From Octopus vulgaris (Eukaryota), in the NCBI GenBank assembly GCA_951406725.2, contig OX597821.1, forward strand, positions 100,936,001 through 101,000,000: 64,000 nt of DNA, read 5' to 3'. The position numbers and the translations under genes were made by a program. Positions 28,551 to 42,294 of this stretch are shown here, one piece after another. The notes under the pieces are model-generated. The model was not told the DNA's origin. It ran no database searches and worked only from the letters and a program-made list of their open reading frames with translations. The first letter of the stretch is position 1; each line of letters opens with the position of its first letter.

Positions 28551-28981
28551 TGTTAAAGCTTTGTGCCTATGATAGAAATGCACAATGCTGTCCGATTTTT
28601 ATTTGATTGTCGTCAAACTAAAACAAACAGTATGACATAAAGAGTCTGTACATAGTCGTATGGCCACTTAGAAATATTCAAGTAAACTACTCTCAGATGA
28701 AACTCTAATGCATTACCCGTGGATAATGTGGTCTTATGTACACAAAGGCTGGGAAGATCATGAAAGGAATACTTTTGATCAGGGTTAAGCACAGACCCGC
28801 TGTCTAACGCTGTTTTTTTTAAACAATATCGCTACAATACTGAGGCATTACTTTGAATGGATTGGGTCATTCCATAAATAATATGATTTTTTTAATACTT
28901 CTTTTATTTTTTGTGTATAGGTTGCCAGTGTAGACGTGTGCACATGTATGCATGTGCATATATGTGTGGAAAAATCTATAG

Positions 28982-29020
<39 letters not shown>

Positions 29021-29120
29021 TGCGTGCAGGTATGTATGTTTATTTACATAAAAATATAGGGATATAGGTTTGTATGGATGTATACATATATATATGTATG
29101 TAGTGTCGGAATAGGTATGT

Positions 29121-29190
<70 letters not shown>

Positions 29191-29339
29191 GTATGTATAT
29201 GTGGATGTGTATGTATTGTGAAAATGTGTGTGTGCGTATGGATATTTATGTATATATATCTGTATATGTGTGTATATGCGTATGTATGTGTATGTGTGCA
29301 TATACGTATGTGAATTATGTGTATATGCATGTATATATA

Positions 29340-29373
<34 letters not shown>

Positions 29374-29467
29374 CATAAATATGTATGTGTGTATATATGT
29401 ATTTGTGTGAGAGTATATATGTATGTGTGTATGTGTATGTGTATATGTGTATGTATATATGTGTATG

Positions 29468-29553
<86 letters not shown>

Positions 29554-29899
29554 GACACATATGTCCGTATGAGTTAGAGGTTAAGAAACTAAGGGATATT
29601 AAATATCCAATATACTGCTGGATGTGTACCTACGTATTTTTAACCAAGTGCTTACTATTGCATGGCAATATAGCAATTGAACAAGAAAACGGAGAGGATA
29701 TGAAATCGGCAAACATCAGCCAGTAAACATTCCATTATATCTATTTATTAAATGATAACAAACATGTGTTTAAGTGGTAAAAGTAAACGAATGAAATCAG
29801 CCAATAAATACGTAAATAAATATATGTATAGATATAAATAATAATAGATGAGTATACATACATATATATACATACATATATACTCATATACATATATAT

Positions 29900-30537
29900 G
29901 TATTTAAATTTAAAATAATAAGGGTGAAAAATTGAATATTAATTTGATTAATATCAATTTAAAACCAGTGGGTCTTGCATATTTAAAATCTGAAGTTTCA
30001 GAAAATATTATATTACATACATATAAAAAGGATGACCTGTAAGTGGACATCCATTATGCTAGAAGAAGATCCGCTATGGTCTTACCACTTAGAAGGTAAT
30101 GTTCTCAAGAAAAATTTAGCAAACGCCAGAACATAAGCGAGCAAGACAAATGAAAAGATACAAAATATAGATTAATCACACACCATGGTTTCGTTGTTAA
30201 TGCTTACATAATCATTTACGTAATCATCCGCAAACTCGTCAGTGTGATCGTCTAAGCAACTATAATTTGAAGAACTATACACGAGACGTCCGCATGAGAT
30301 TGAACATGTATACAGTTCTACCAATTACAATTGGAGTCATTTTTCAAAAGCCTTCGTTTTGGCGCGCTAAACTACCGGAAATATTTCTGCAGAAAATAAT
30401 TCTCTGCAGTGAATTTTGCCGGTTAGAGAACATAGCTATTTAAATTTGAATTTAAAATAATAAGGGTGAAAACTTGAATAATAATTTGATTAAAATCAAT
30501 TTAAAACCAGTGGTCTAGCATATTTTAAAATCTGAAG
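29900..30537 (-). mobile_element. Retrozyme/Penelope-like unit: ~540-bp monomer with ~95-bp terminal direct repeat and an internal hammerhead
   Basis: ~29900-29996 repeated at ~30445-30537; hammerhead at 30175-30248; related heads at ~24998 and ~14360. Confidence 0.6.
30175..30248 (-). ncRNA. Hammerhead motif with long stem II (G at the cleavage position)
   Basis: ATCACA-CTGACGA-GTT...AAC-GAA-ACCATGGT-G-TGTGAT; 6-bp stem I and palindromic stem III. Confidence 0.7.
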
Positions 30538-31365
30538 GCTTTCTCAACGTAATTGCCGCTTGAAATGTCATGTCGATAGGAGATATATTCGCCGCTGGAT
30601 TCTGTTCTGGGAGAGCCATTGTGTTCGCAGGAATTCTCAGTTCTGTTTCGTTGCCGGGTGATGTGCAAGCTGTGATTCTTCGATGAAATCACGGAGCGTA
30701 GTGCCGAAATGGAAAATTCAACCGCAGTACAAAAATGACTTCATTTTCCAAATGCAGTTCGGTTGGTGAAGCTGGTTCAAGGGAAGGCCGCAATTCGATG
30801 ACGGGTCACCAAATATAGTGGTTATGTGTGTGTATCAGGTGAACGGATGCAAAAGGAATGTGTATGCCTTTGAAGTAAACAAATAAGTGAATCAATTCAT
30901 AGTTTTAAATAATTTATTCACTTGACTTAATTTGTCGTTGGTACACATAATTCATCACTACATGCAAAATGTTGACAACTGCTACGAGTTGCTAGAAATA
31001 GAAACAGGATACATCTGTGGAAGTGATGTGTCAGAAATGAATATGTTTGTGCGTGTGTGTGCGTGCGTGCGGGTAATTCATCTGAGTTCAGTAGTCAACC
31101 GTGGAACTTCGCAAATTTCTCTCGGGTCTCTGTGGTCATTCAAAACCTGTCGTGTCGTAGACCTTTTTCGTTTGCCTGCTAGGCCTTTCTTCCCCCTGTC
31201 TGTCTGTTGACCACCGTATTTATAATAAGCGTGGCAGCTAGAAAGACAGACATACTGCAGCAGAGTTTGTACTTAAATAGGTCAGCTCCTGTCCATTTGA
31301 ACTTCGCCTGACATGACTGAGATCGTAGGTCAAAGGGATATGATCAATCACTTTCTGACATGACA
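30538..31365 (-). mobile_element. Probable Gypsy-like LTR retrotransposon 5' remnant (LTR, PBS, gag start)
   Basis: Minus strand: TATAAATA, AATAAA, ...ACCACTATA then TGGTGACCCGTCA (PBS-like, 30811-30799), then ATG at 30619 MALPEQNPAANISPIDMTFQAAITLRK; ~210 bp also copied at ~24648-24862. Confidence 0.55.
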
Positions 31366-31571
31366 AAGAAAACCTTTTTGCGCGCCTGTTGATCGTGGTG
31401 GTTTGGACGACCGAGAATACATATACACATATACACATTCTTTGATAATAATAAGAAAATGTTAAAATAGTTTACAAGAAAGTATTTAAGAAAATATTCA
31501 ACAAAACAGTATTAAGATTTCCATATAAATCATGTTTGTTTTGGTTGCATGTATATATATATATATATATC

Positions 31572-31631
<60 letters not shown>

Positions 31632-31679
31632 AAAAAAGAAGTTTGAAAACGCCACTATATTAGATAAATTTTAATTTTC

Positions 31680-32934
31680 TTATGAATTTTACATGTTTCG
31701 GTTCTTGAAAAAACGAACCTTATCAAAAATATTATAAAAAGTGTAATGGAGAAGTTCCTAATCGTTTCTTACTGGTCTCAATAGAATCCATGTCCTTGAA
31801 AAAACGAACCTTATCAAAAATATTATAAAAAGTGAAAATTGAAAAGTTCATAATCGTTTCTTACTGTTTTCAATAGAATCCATGTGGTGGTGTTTTGTCG
31901 GTAGTTGGTATAATCGCTATATTACTGTTGAGTGCATTGAAGAAGTCCATTATTGTTTCTTGCTTGTATTAAAAGGAACCGCTTTTTTGTTACCTTGTGT
32001 TCCAGTGGTAGCAACAGTAGTGATTGTTGGTCGTAGTAGTTGGTCGTAATTTTGGCAACCTTGGTGGTGGTTGTGGTTAGTAGTAGAGGACTGTTGATCG
32101 TAGCAGCAATAGTGGTGGGTTCACTGGCACTGTTCACTGACGTCACATAATTCCAAACCAATCAAAACCAAACTTCAACGAATACAAGGTAAAGACCCCC
32201 AACTGTATCCTGTAAGGAAACCAACCAAGCAGAACGACAAGCTTGACCATGGGAGAAAAACGTCATCAATTTTTTAACGAATCAAAATCAGATCTGCTCG
32301 CAGAAAAAAATTTTTTCTTTATAAATTCATTTTTCCCTAAAACATACCACTGTAAGCGGGAGTGACTGTTTAAAGATCTGAGAAATTGTAATTCCCCCCA
32401 CCTCCACCCTTTTTTTACTATTTTAATTCTCACACTGTGGCCGTAGCAGCAGTAGTAGCAGTAGAGGGCTGTTGATCGTAGCAGCAATAGTAGTGACCAC
32501 GGTGGTTGTAGTAGTAGTGCTAGTGGAAGTAGTCGTAGTGGTCGTGGTGGTTGTGGTGGAATTTCATTTTTCCTTTTCGGAAGACCAATGTTTTGTTTTA
32601 ATATTCCTTGCCCAGGGTGTTCAAACTTGGTCTAAATTTTTTGATGAAATAAAGTTCTTTATTTTGGCGTTGGGTGAAGGTTACGCTGTCACTGAATTTG
32701 TAAAGTGGGTAAGTTGTAAATTTCGGATTTTCATTTGTAGCACATCTATCTATGTGTCCGCTGACCGGTATTTTCCGGTATTCAGGGTTTCTAATTTGGG
32801 ATTTATGCACCGCCATCCTTTTACGTAAGCTATTTTTTGTATGGCCTATATACTGCCTATTGCAGCCTGCGCATGTTAAGACGTAAATTAAGTTTTCTGA
32901 AGGTGAAGTTTGTTCTAATGGTGAACTGATGGCC

Positions 32935-32937
<3 letters not shown>
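31680..32937 (-). mobile_element. Second Penelope-like fragment (GIY-YIG C-terminus + 3' region)
   Basis: ORF ending at 32598: SENLIYVLTCAGCNRQYIGHTKNSLRKRMAVH...KELYFIKKFRPSLNTLG, near-identical to the 17 kb copy; same CCAAT/CRE motif and hammerhead downstream. Confidence 0.88.
31686..31730 (-). ncRNA. Hammerhead motif with U3-A8 core variant, downstream of a Penelope ORF fragment
   Basis: ATTT-TTGATAA-GGTTC(10 nt)GAACC-GAA-ACATGT-A-AAAT. Confidence 0.68.
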
Positions 32938-32976
<39 letters not shown>

Positions 32977-34395
32977 GTGTATATATATATATACACACAC
33001 ACACACACAGAAGGAGATATGTTTAAGAATTTACAAAAAATTGGAGAGACACCAACCTGACTTGTGGGCATTTTTTTGTATAGCTAGGGAATGTTTGCTA
33101 TTTTAAGGGACAGTGTGGGAGGTTGGTTGGGGCGGGGGAAGGAGGAGCAATGTGAAATTTAAAGGATTTTTTTGTTTCTGGGCTAGTCTGTCATTGTTCA
33201 GTGATTTTCGGAACTGGTCTTAGAGGTCAGAATGGTGTGAGTGTGTGTGTGTACGTGAGTTTTGACGGTGTGTGTACGTGAGTATGTGTGTACGTGAGTG
33301 GGTGTGTACGTGAGTTTGCGTGTGTGTGTCTCTGTCTGAGTATGATTGTGTTGTTATAATTGTCCTGGTGGTGTGAGTGTGTATGTGTGAGAGCAACCGT
33401 ATGTCTATGTGAGGGTGCATATGTATGTGTGTGTCTGTGTGTGTGCGTGTGTATGTTTGTGTTTTGTGTTGGTGGGAATGTTATGTGTGTGTGTCTCTGT
33501 CTGAGTATGTTTGTGTTGTTTTAATCGTCCTTGTGGTTTGTGTGTATGAGCAACCGTATGTGTGTGTGTGAGGGTGCATATGTATGTGTGTATGGGTATG
33601 TGTGGATGTGTATGTTTGTGTGAGTGTGTTGTATTTATCAGGGGTTCTGTGTGTGTTCGTGTGTGTTGGGTTTCGAAACCACAACTCCAAATCACCATAC
33701 AAACACCAGTTGCTGACGTCACCCAATTCTAGACCAATCAAAACTGAACAGTGCTCCAGCATGGCTGCAGTCAAATGACTAAAACAAGTAAAAGAGTGAA
33801 AAAGTAAAATGACCCTTAAGAGAATCAAACAACCGGAACGAATGATGACCGTTCCCCACAGGGAAGCCAACCAGGCAGAACGACAAACGTGACCACCAGA
33901 AAAACAAGACTTCACCAGTACTTCAACGAATCGAAAATCAGATCCGCTCGCGAAAAACATTATAAATACACCGGATTCCAAAACACACCGTTACAAGCGA
34001 AAGTTCCTACACACGACGGAAAGAGGATCAGAGAAACTGTAAACTAAATTCCTTTTTTACTATCTTCATTTCTCCCTTGTTTTTCCCCCTCTTAACGCAG
34101 TATGACTGAAACTTTGATGATATTCATTTCTTATCGATTGCTACTAACGCTAATGAGCTTTGTGCATTCAAACAAATTGATGCACAGTTTTAATATTATT
34201 AACTGTTATGAACATTTAAACTTGTCAACATCGAAATTTCTGAACATGACTTTCTAATTGATAATTCTAAATTTCTGTTAAGAACATTTCAATTTGTCAA
34301 CATCGAAACGTTTAAAGATGTTTTTCTAATTCATAATTTTTTCATTTTTACCATTCATAGACAAAAAATATTGTTGAAACTAGTTTGGTATATAC

Positions 34396-34807
34396 TCTCT
34401 CTTTTACTTGTTTCAGTCATTTGACTGCGGCCATGCTGGAGCACCGCCTTTAGTCGAGCACTTCGACCCCGGGACTTATTCTTTGTAAGCCCAGTACTTA
34501 TTCTATCGGTCTCTTTTGCGGAACCGCTAAGTGACGGGGACGTAAACACACCAGCATCGGTTGTCAAGCAATGCTAGGGGGACAAACACAGACACACAAA
34601 CACATACACACACATACATATATATATACATATACATATATACGACAGGCTTCTTTCAGTTTCCGTCTACCAAATCCACTCACAAGGCATTGGTCGGCCT
34701 GGGGCTATAGTAGAAGACACTTGCCCAAGATGCCACGCAGTGGGACTGAACCCGGAACCATGTGGTTGGTTAGCAAGCTACTTACCACACAGCCACTCCT
34801 GAGCCTA
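34396..34807 (-). mobile_element. Composite tRNA-derived SINE (same family)
   Basis: Same layout; further partial copies near 10530, 13555, 15075, 16897, 44410, 45870, 49950, 52010. Confidence 0.85.
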
Positions 34808-35503
34808 TATGTAAAATTTATTTTAAACAATTATAAGTTTTTCAAATTTAGGTGCATTTTCAACAAACTTTCTCATATATACACACACACATGTATGTAT
34901 GTAAGTATGTATGTATGTATGTATGCAGTATGTATATACATACTTAAAATTTTTAACATGAGGCAGAATAACCCATTCCAGGATTACGTGGTGAAGGGAG
35001 GTAACTCTAAAGTAACTTTCAGAAAAAGACTGTCTCCCTTATATCCATTGGTCATAAAAAATTTTTTTTTAATAGTAGATTCACGTCTTTCACTTCAATC
35101 CGTACACTTTATTAAATTTCCTTACAAATTTCTTATTTACTTTTGTAACGTTTTGTGTTCATTGTTTTTTTTTTGGGGGGGGGTGACAGAATTACTGATA
35201 AAAGCAAGTTCATAATTTACTGACAGAAGTAACTTCAAAAATCCATAGTTGATTTCCCTAAAAATTTCTGATTTACTTTTGCAACGGTTTTGTGTTTTTC
35301 TGTTGTTAGCGGATTTTTTCTGGTTCCTTCGTTACTGGTTCTTTGGTTCACTGACAAATTTCACTTCAACCCGTACAATTCTTTATTTTCTGTAAAAATT
35401 TCTTATTCAGTTTCTGCCTGTCGTATTAAGAAATATAATTTCCGTTACCCAGTTATTGTTTACTATCTTCTACACCCGTGTATTTCTGTATACGTATATA
35501 ACC

Positions 35504-36130
35504 ATGCCTAGAAGGAAAGTGTCAAATTCGTCTACAATGTCAAGGTTAGCCAAAAGAATGTCTCTGTCCAGAGAAAGAGAGACAGCTGCAAAAAGGGAAG
35601 CATACCAAGAAATGAACAGACAGTACACTACTAAAACCGGAGCATCTCAAAGTGATGAACAGAGGTATGCACGGCTGACAAGGAATAGGATCTCCACTGC
35701 AGAACGAAGAGCAGTTGCAACAACTCGGACAAGCAACTTCTACGAAGCAGCTTTCAATTATGATCCAGCAGTTCATTATGCAGATGACACTAGAGTTTCC
35801 ATTGGTGCAATGACAACTGAGTGCATACATTGTAAAGGAAGGAAGTGGCCTGGAGAGACACCTGCACTGTGCTGCAGTGGTGGAAAGGTTAAACTCCCTG
35901 CAATCGCCCAACCTCCAGAGCCATTGAAGAAACTGCTGTCATCAACCAAACAAGATTCCAAGCACTTCCAAAACAAAATTAGACAATACAATGCTGCACT
36001 ACAGATGACATCATTTGGAGCCACAAGAGATTTAACTGAGCCAGGATTCATGCAAACTTTCAAGATCCAAGGTCAGATTTATCATCAGATTGGTTCTCTA
36101 CAAACTCTATCAAATGAATCACCAGAATCG
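35504..36130 (+). pseudogene. Helitron Rep N-terminal fragment
   Basis: AAFNYDP...IGAMTTECIHCKGRKWPGETPALCCSGGKVKLP...SKHFQNKIRQYNAALQMTSFGA...FKIQGQIYHQIGSL, then abrupt truncation. Confidence 0.88.
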
Positions 36131-36358
36131 GCCTTTCGTTGTTTAAAATCTGTACCTGTTTTTTGGTTACGAAATAAGCTACACAAAATGTGTTTCTGAA
36201 TTACGTGTATTTACTTTACATACATATGTGAGTTGAAAGCTTTCTTTTAACATTTCACTTATGTTCCATGGTGGCATAGGTTGGAGAGTTATTAATGTAG
36301 AAAGTTGGCATCTCAGCTACTAGCAGTATGTATGTATGTATGTATGTATGTATGTATG

Positions 36359-36399
<41 letters not shown>

Positions 36400-36518
36400 C
36401 AGGACAACCTTATTTTCTGGAATACACATAGAAAGTTATATCCAATATAATAATAAAATAATATAAACATTTTAAAACCTACTATAAAGTACAATAAAAT
36501 TAATTAAAAAAATACACT

Positions 36519-36567
<49 letters not shown>

Positions 36568-37433
36568 ATATGCATAAATATATATATATACACATATGCA
36601 CATATATATACGAGCAAAACGCCCCAATCCAAATTTAATCAGTGTTTTCTTTTCATTAAAAAATAATTAAGCATGCCTTTATTTCAATAAAATTTTTGGT
36701 TTTGTTAAACGAAGTTAAGGCAAAAAAAAACTTCTAGAGAAACCAAATAGTCTTTCCTTCCTTCATGCCAAGTTTGAAGAAAATATCTCTTTTGCATCTT
36801 ACTTTTTGGGTCTCTTAAATATACTGCATTTTGTGGCATTATTTCAAGCCAGCCGGCTTTTTTTGTGTAAACTGCACGTGCATTTTCCTCGCGTACGTGA
36901 TAGTATTGATCGCAACAGCTGATGTACTTGCATGTACAAAAATGCACGTTCCCACGGTTTTATCGATCCCATTCTCACCTGGAATCGATTTTTGTAATTC
37001 TTTCAAGACTTATACACGCCCTGATACCGTCGGTATCTACATATCAAATTTTAGTGCAATCGGATGGAGGATGCCCGAGATCCTAGAACACACACACACA
37101 GAACGGATTTTATATAATATATATATATATATATAGTAATCCCTCAGTATACTCAATATATATACATACAGTAATCCCTTGTATACCTAATACATACATC
37201 CACCACTACGTCCTCAGGCTATTTTTCTTATTGTTATTATTAACGGATCAAAGTTAAAACTACATATTCTAAGACATATTCAATAGAAAAATAAGAATAT
37301 GAATAAAAATATAATATAAATATATATAACTTACTAATATATTTTTAAAAATTATAAAATTTAAAAAATTTAAAGATTAAAAAATTTTTAAATAAAAATT
37401 CATAAAATTAAACACCAAAAAATACAATACTGA

Positions 37434-37970
37434 TCATCATCATCATCATTTAACGTCCGCTTTCCATGCTAGCATGGGTTGGACGGTTCAACTGGGGTCT
37501 GGGGAGCCCGAAGGCTGCACCAGGCCAGTCAGATCTGGCAGTGTTTCTACAGCTGGATGCCCTTCCTAATGCCAACCACTCCAAGAGTGTAGTGGGTGAT
37601 TTTATGTGCCACTGACACAGGTGCCAGACGAGGCTGGCGAACGGCCACGCTCGGATGGTGTTTTTTATGTGCCACCGACACAGGTGCCAGACGAGGCTGG
37701 CAGACGGCCACGCTCGGATGGTGTTTTTATGTGCCACCGACACAGGTGCCAGATGAGGCTGGCGAACGGCCACGATCGGATGGTGTTTGTTACGTGCCCA
37801 CAGCACGGATGCCAGTCGATGCGGTACTGGCTACGGCCACGTTCGGATGGTTTTCTTGTGTGCCACCGGCACTGGTACCACAAAGATACAAATTCCATTG
37901 ATGTTCATCTATTTTGATTTGTTTTGATTTGATTTGATTTTCACTTGCCTCAATAGGTCTTCACAAGTGT
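37434..37970 (-). mobile_element. SINE-like/RTE-associated element with internal ~61-bp tandem repeats and (GAT)n tail
   Basis: GGTTGGC.TTAGGAAGGGCATCCAGCTGTAGAAA...GGACGTTAAA(TGA)n; copies ~38780-39117, 45690-45865, 46912-47153. Confidence 0.75.
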
Positions 37971-40900
37971 CACATAGGAAATGCTAAACATAAAGAAACC
38001 CTCATCGACTTTTTTATAAACACATCAAATTCCACCACCTATCTATATAAACATTATGGGAATTAATAATTTACTGTAAGATTTACCCCTATCTATACAA
38101 GTATAAGTTACCATTTTTATGTCAAACGTAAATTAATAATATTTAAAAAGTAAAAACCTCTATATACGTTATAAATTTATTGAATAAAACTAGTAAATTA
38201 ATCTAGTAAACAAAATTAACAAAGGAAGAATACTTATCAACATGTTTACTCCTAGTTCCTGTGCAAATGGCTGGTTTCAGCCGGGTTGGTAACAAAAGGG
38301 TTAAACCCACATCTAACATTATTGTGATAGGCGTCAATTGTTTTAAATAACAAGTAAACAAAGACTTATGCTTTGAAGATCATATGCAAAGCCAATGTGA
38401 ATGAAAATCAATGATAAAAAGAGAAGACTTTATGGTTTTATTGAATTAAAGTATAGCTGCAACTGAAATGTAATATAAAATCTATAACTTATTAAGACTG
38501 TAAAATTACCAGCCTTCAACAAATTTGTTATGGTTATTGAAGTCATATCTAATGTTATTGTGATAGGTGTCATATGCTTTTAATAACAGGTAAACAAAGA
38601 CTTGTGCTTTGATGATCATATACAAAATCAATGTGAACGAAAATCATTGATAAAAAGAGAAAACTTTATGGTCCTATTGAAGAATATGAATAAAAAATAT
38701 AATAAAAATATATAAACTTACTAATATATTTTTTAAAATAATAAAATTCAAAAAATTTAAAGATTAAAAAATTTTTTAATGGCTTGCCTTGTGCCAAAGA
38801 CTTTATGGTCCGGTGGCACATAAAAAGCACCATCAGAAAGTGGCCGATGCCAGCGTCACCTTGACTGGCTTGTGCCGGTGGCATGTAAAAATCAGCAACC
38901 AATCGTGGTTGCTGCCAGCCTTCCCTGGCACTTGTGCCAGTGGCACGTAAAAAGCACCCACTACACTCACGGAGTGGTTGGCGTTAGTAAGGGCATCCAG
39001 CTATAGAAACACTGCCAGATCAGAGTGGAGCAGCCTCTTGGCTTCCCAGACCCCAGCTGAACCGTCCAACCTGTGCTAGCACAGAAAATGGATATTAAAC
39101 GATGATGATGATGATGAATATAGGTATTGCTGCAAGTGAAATATTATACACATCCAATTGCTGAGACTATACAAGGTCATCATCTTAATGTCCACATTTC
39201 CATGCTTGCAGGGGTTGGATGGAGTTTGCTCAGGCAGCTTTTCTACAACCAAATGCTCTTCCTGCCACCAAGCCTTACCTGTTTCCAAACAATGGAATAT
39301 TACCCCACAGCCAGATATATTTTAGCAGAATATTAGAAATGTATGGTAGTGCTTGTATGATGGTGATATTCATTTACATATTTACAACAATAACATGATT
39401 TCAAGACAGAGTCACAAACGTACACACACACATGCAATGGGCTTCCATACCATTTCCATTTATTGAATTTGCTCACAAAGCATTGGCCCAATACTGCATT
39501 AAAAAAAAAAATACTTGCCCAAGGTATTGTTCAGTGGGACTGAACCTACAACCATATGGGTACAAAATAAGCTTATAAGCCCACAGAGCCATTTCTGCAC
39601 CTATATAAAAAGCAATGTTAATAATATATAGAAAATAAGGTGGCAAAATGGCAGAGTCAATACCACGCTGGAAAAATGCTTAGTAGCATTTCTTCCAGCT
39701 TAATGTTCAGAGTTCAAATGCCACCAAGGTGGACTTTGCCTTTCATCTTTTTAGGGTCAATAAAATAAGTACCAGTTGTGCACTGGGGTTAATGTAATTG
39801 ACTTACCTCCTCCCACCGAAATTTGAAATTAATAATATATGGAAAATAAGGCAACAAGTTTATAGTCATTACCATAGTGGAAAAAAGCTTAGAGGCACTT
39901 CTTCTGACTTCACTTCCTGAGTTCAAATGCCAGCGTGGTCAACTTTGCTTTTCATTATTATGGGGTCAATTAAATAAGTACCAGTTGAGTACTGGGGCTG
40001 ATATAATTGACTTACTCTGTCTGCCAAAATGGCTGGCCTTGTGCCAAAATTGAAAACCAATGATATAAAGAAAATAAGTATCTTTATCATTTTGTTTGAG
40101 GTTACATGCACCAAAAGAGAAGCAAAACAAATTAAAATAATATAAAATTTTTTTTTTTATTTGAACCAAAGATGCAAGCTTACTTTTCAAAAAAAAAAAA
40201 AAAAAAGCAAAAATAGAATATATATATATCATTTTGTTCATTTAAATCTCTGTAAAATTTTTGTTTCACTGTTTTTAAAAAGAAACAACCAGCAAATAGT
40301 CAACAATTTTAACATAACAAAATATTGTTATAGAGGAGTTGAAATTATATAACAGTCAACCAGAGTCAAAATTTGATGATTTTTAAAGTCTAAGTAAAAA
40401 TAAAATTAAATTAAAAAAATTAATTTCATAATCTACATGTGTTTACACATGTTCCCACAAACAAAATTCCAATTCCTTGTAAAAGCAGTGTGTGTATATA
40501 TACATATATATATACACACGTATATGTATATATCCCCATACATATACATACATGTGTGTATATGTATACGTATATTGTGGGTTGATATGATTCACTCCAA
40601 TTGCTGCACAGAATTTTACTCCATGTGTGGTTAATCAGACAATAATGAAATGAAGTAAAAGGAAAAGTTGTATTGGTTAAGATATGTTGTAAAACCAAGT
40701 GACCTAAGATCTAAACATGCCCCAGTAAACAGAGGCACATCATATAACAGCATCAAGTTGCAGGCTATGTTTGACAAAAACAGTACAGACCCTGAAGGAG
40801 CCAATGAATAGGAGATCTGAGATTGTGTTCATCTGTCGTCACAGGAGACAATTCTTTTTAAAGAACTTCTGTCAGCAGTATGTATTTAATCTATGTAGTC

Positions 40901-42261
40901 AAAGTCGCACACTATAATCATTGAAAAGTGCTCCTTGACCATGGCAGTCATGCCTGTAGGCCAAGCGGCAGTGCTCTCCCTTACATAGTATTGGATAAAG
41001 CCAGCATCAGCAACATGAATCACCGAGGGTGTGCAACACAAACTACCACCTGATCATTCGACAAATGAGAAATGATTTAACCAGTGTCACCTATGCAACT
41101 TTTCCTTGATAAACTGAGTATTGGGTATCATCAACTGATTCCAAATAAATATATATCATGTACTGATAATTTTTCTTTTCGTTTATAAACAAAAACATGT
41201 GCCACTCTCTCTCTCTCACATACACACACACACACACACACACAGAGTTGTGCAGGTTAATACCAATTTCATAAACCTTAATTTGAATGTAGTGGTGTGG
41301 TTCTCCACCACAGAATCTAAATCTGGTTTATAATCAATATTTTTTTTTCTTATGCTATCCCATTTAACATAGGACACATTTTTCTGTTAGATATTTGCAT
41401 GGGTAGTGCACCCTCATGTTAAATTTTTAAGGCAATAACTACAGAAGTTGAGGACTTATATAATAGAATTAAATTGGAACTTGGCTCAACTCACCAATAA
41501 CACAATGACCAACACATTCTAATCCTGACAAAGATACTTAAAAAGACTTCTATGAAAAATCTCAATACCCTCCCAAACACCCATTACCTGTTTGACATAT
41601 ATTGTCCCTTGGGAGTTCACAATGCACCCCATGTGGGGGCTACTACTCAGGTTAAGAATCACTGGTCTACTATAAAGGCATCTGAATAACACTTCCTATC
41701 AAAATTTTTTTCAATAATGATTTACAAAGATTTAATCTTAGAAGACTGGAGGGAAAACCAGAGATTAACAATCTGGAAATTGCGTGTAGTTTTACATGTT
41801 AATTAATGAATAACAAAGGAACAGGAATCACGTAATCAATTTCATTAGCTAAAAGCGGTTTTTGTTATGGAAAGTAGTACACGTTATGGAAAGTAGTACA
41901 CAAGCTATGTTGCTTCTGCAACATAGGTTCCTGGGAGAATTTACACATGTGTATGTGTGTGTATTTATGCATATATGTATATATATTAACAAAAACTGTC
42001 CAACAAACGGGAACGTGAAACTCTGAGTAACAGCTTTTGTTATATTTCTGCTGCTTTTAAGTAAAGCATATTACTCTACTTCTGGTATTTGAGTACTCTT
42101 TTTTCCACCTTGTTTCACATTGATGTGCTTACTCCGATATATATATATATATATATATATACACAAACACACATATATATACATATATCTAAAACAGAAG
42201 ACTGTATGGAAATTAAATGTTTCATGATTTAATACTCAGACTTCCGGAAATCTAACTCCTT

Positions 42262-42294
<33 letters not shown>

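Noticed and set aside
34571-35215. 214-aa ORF
   Set aside because: Made of SINE, microsatellite and AT-rich DNA with no domain signature
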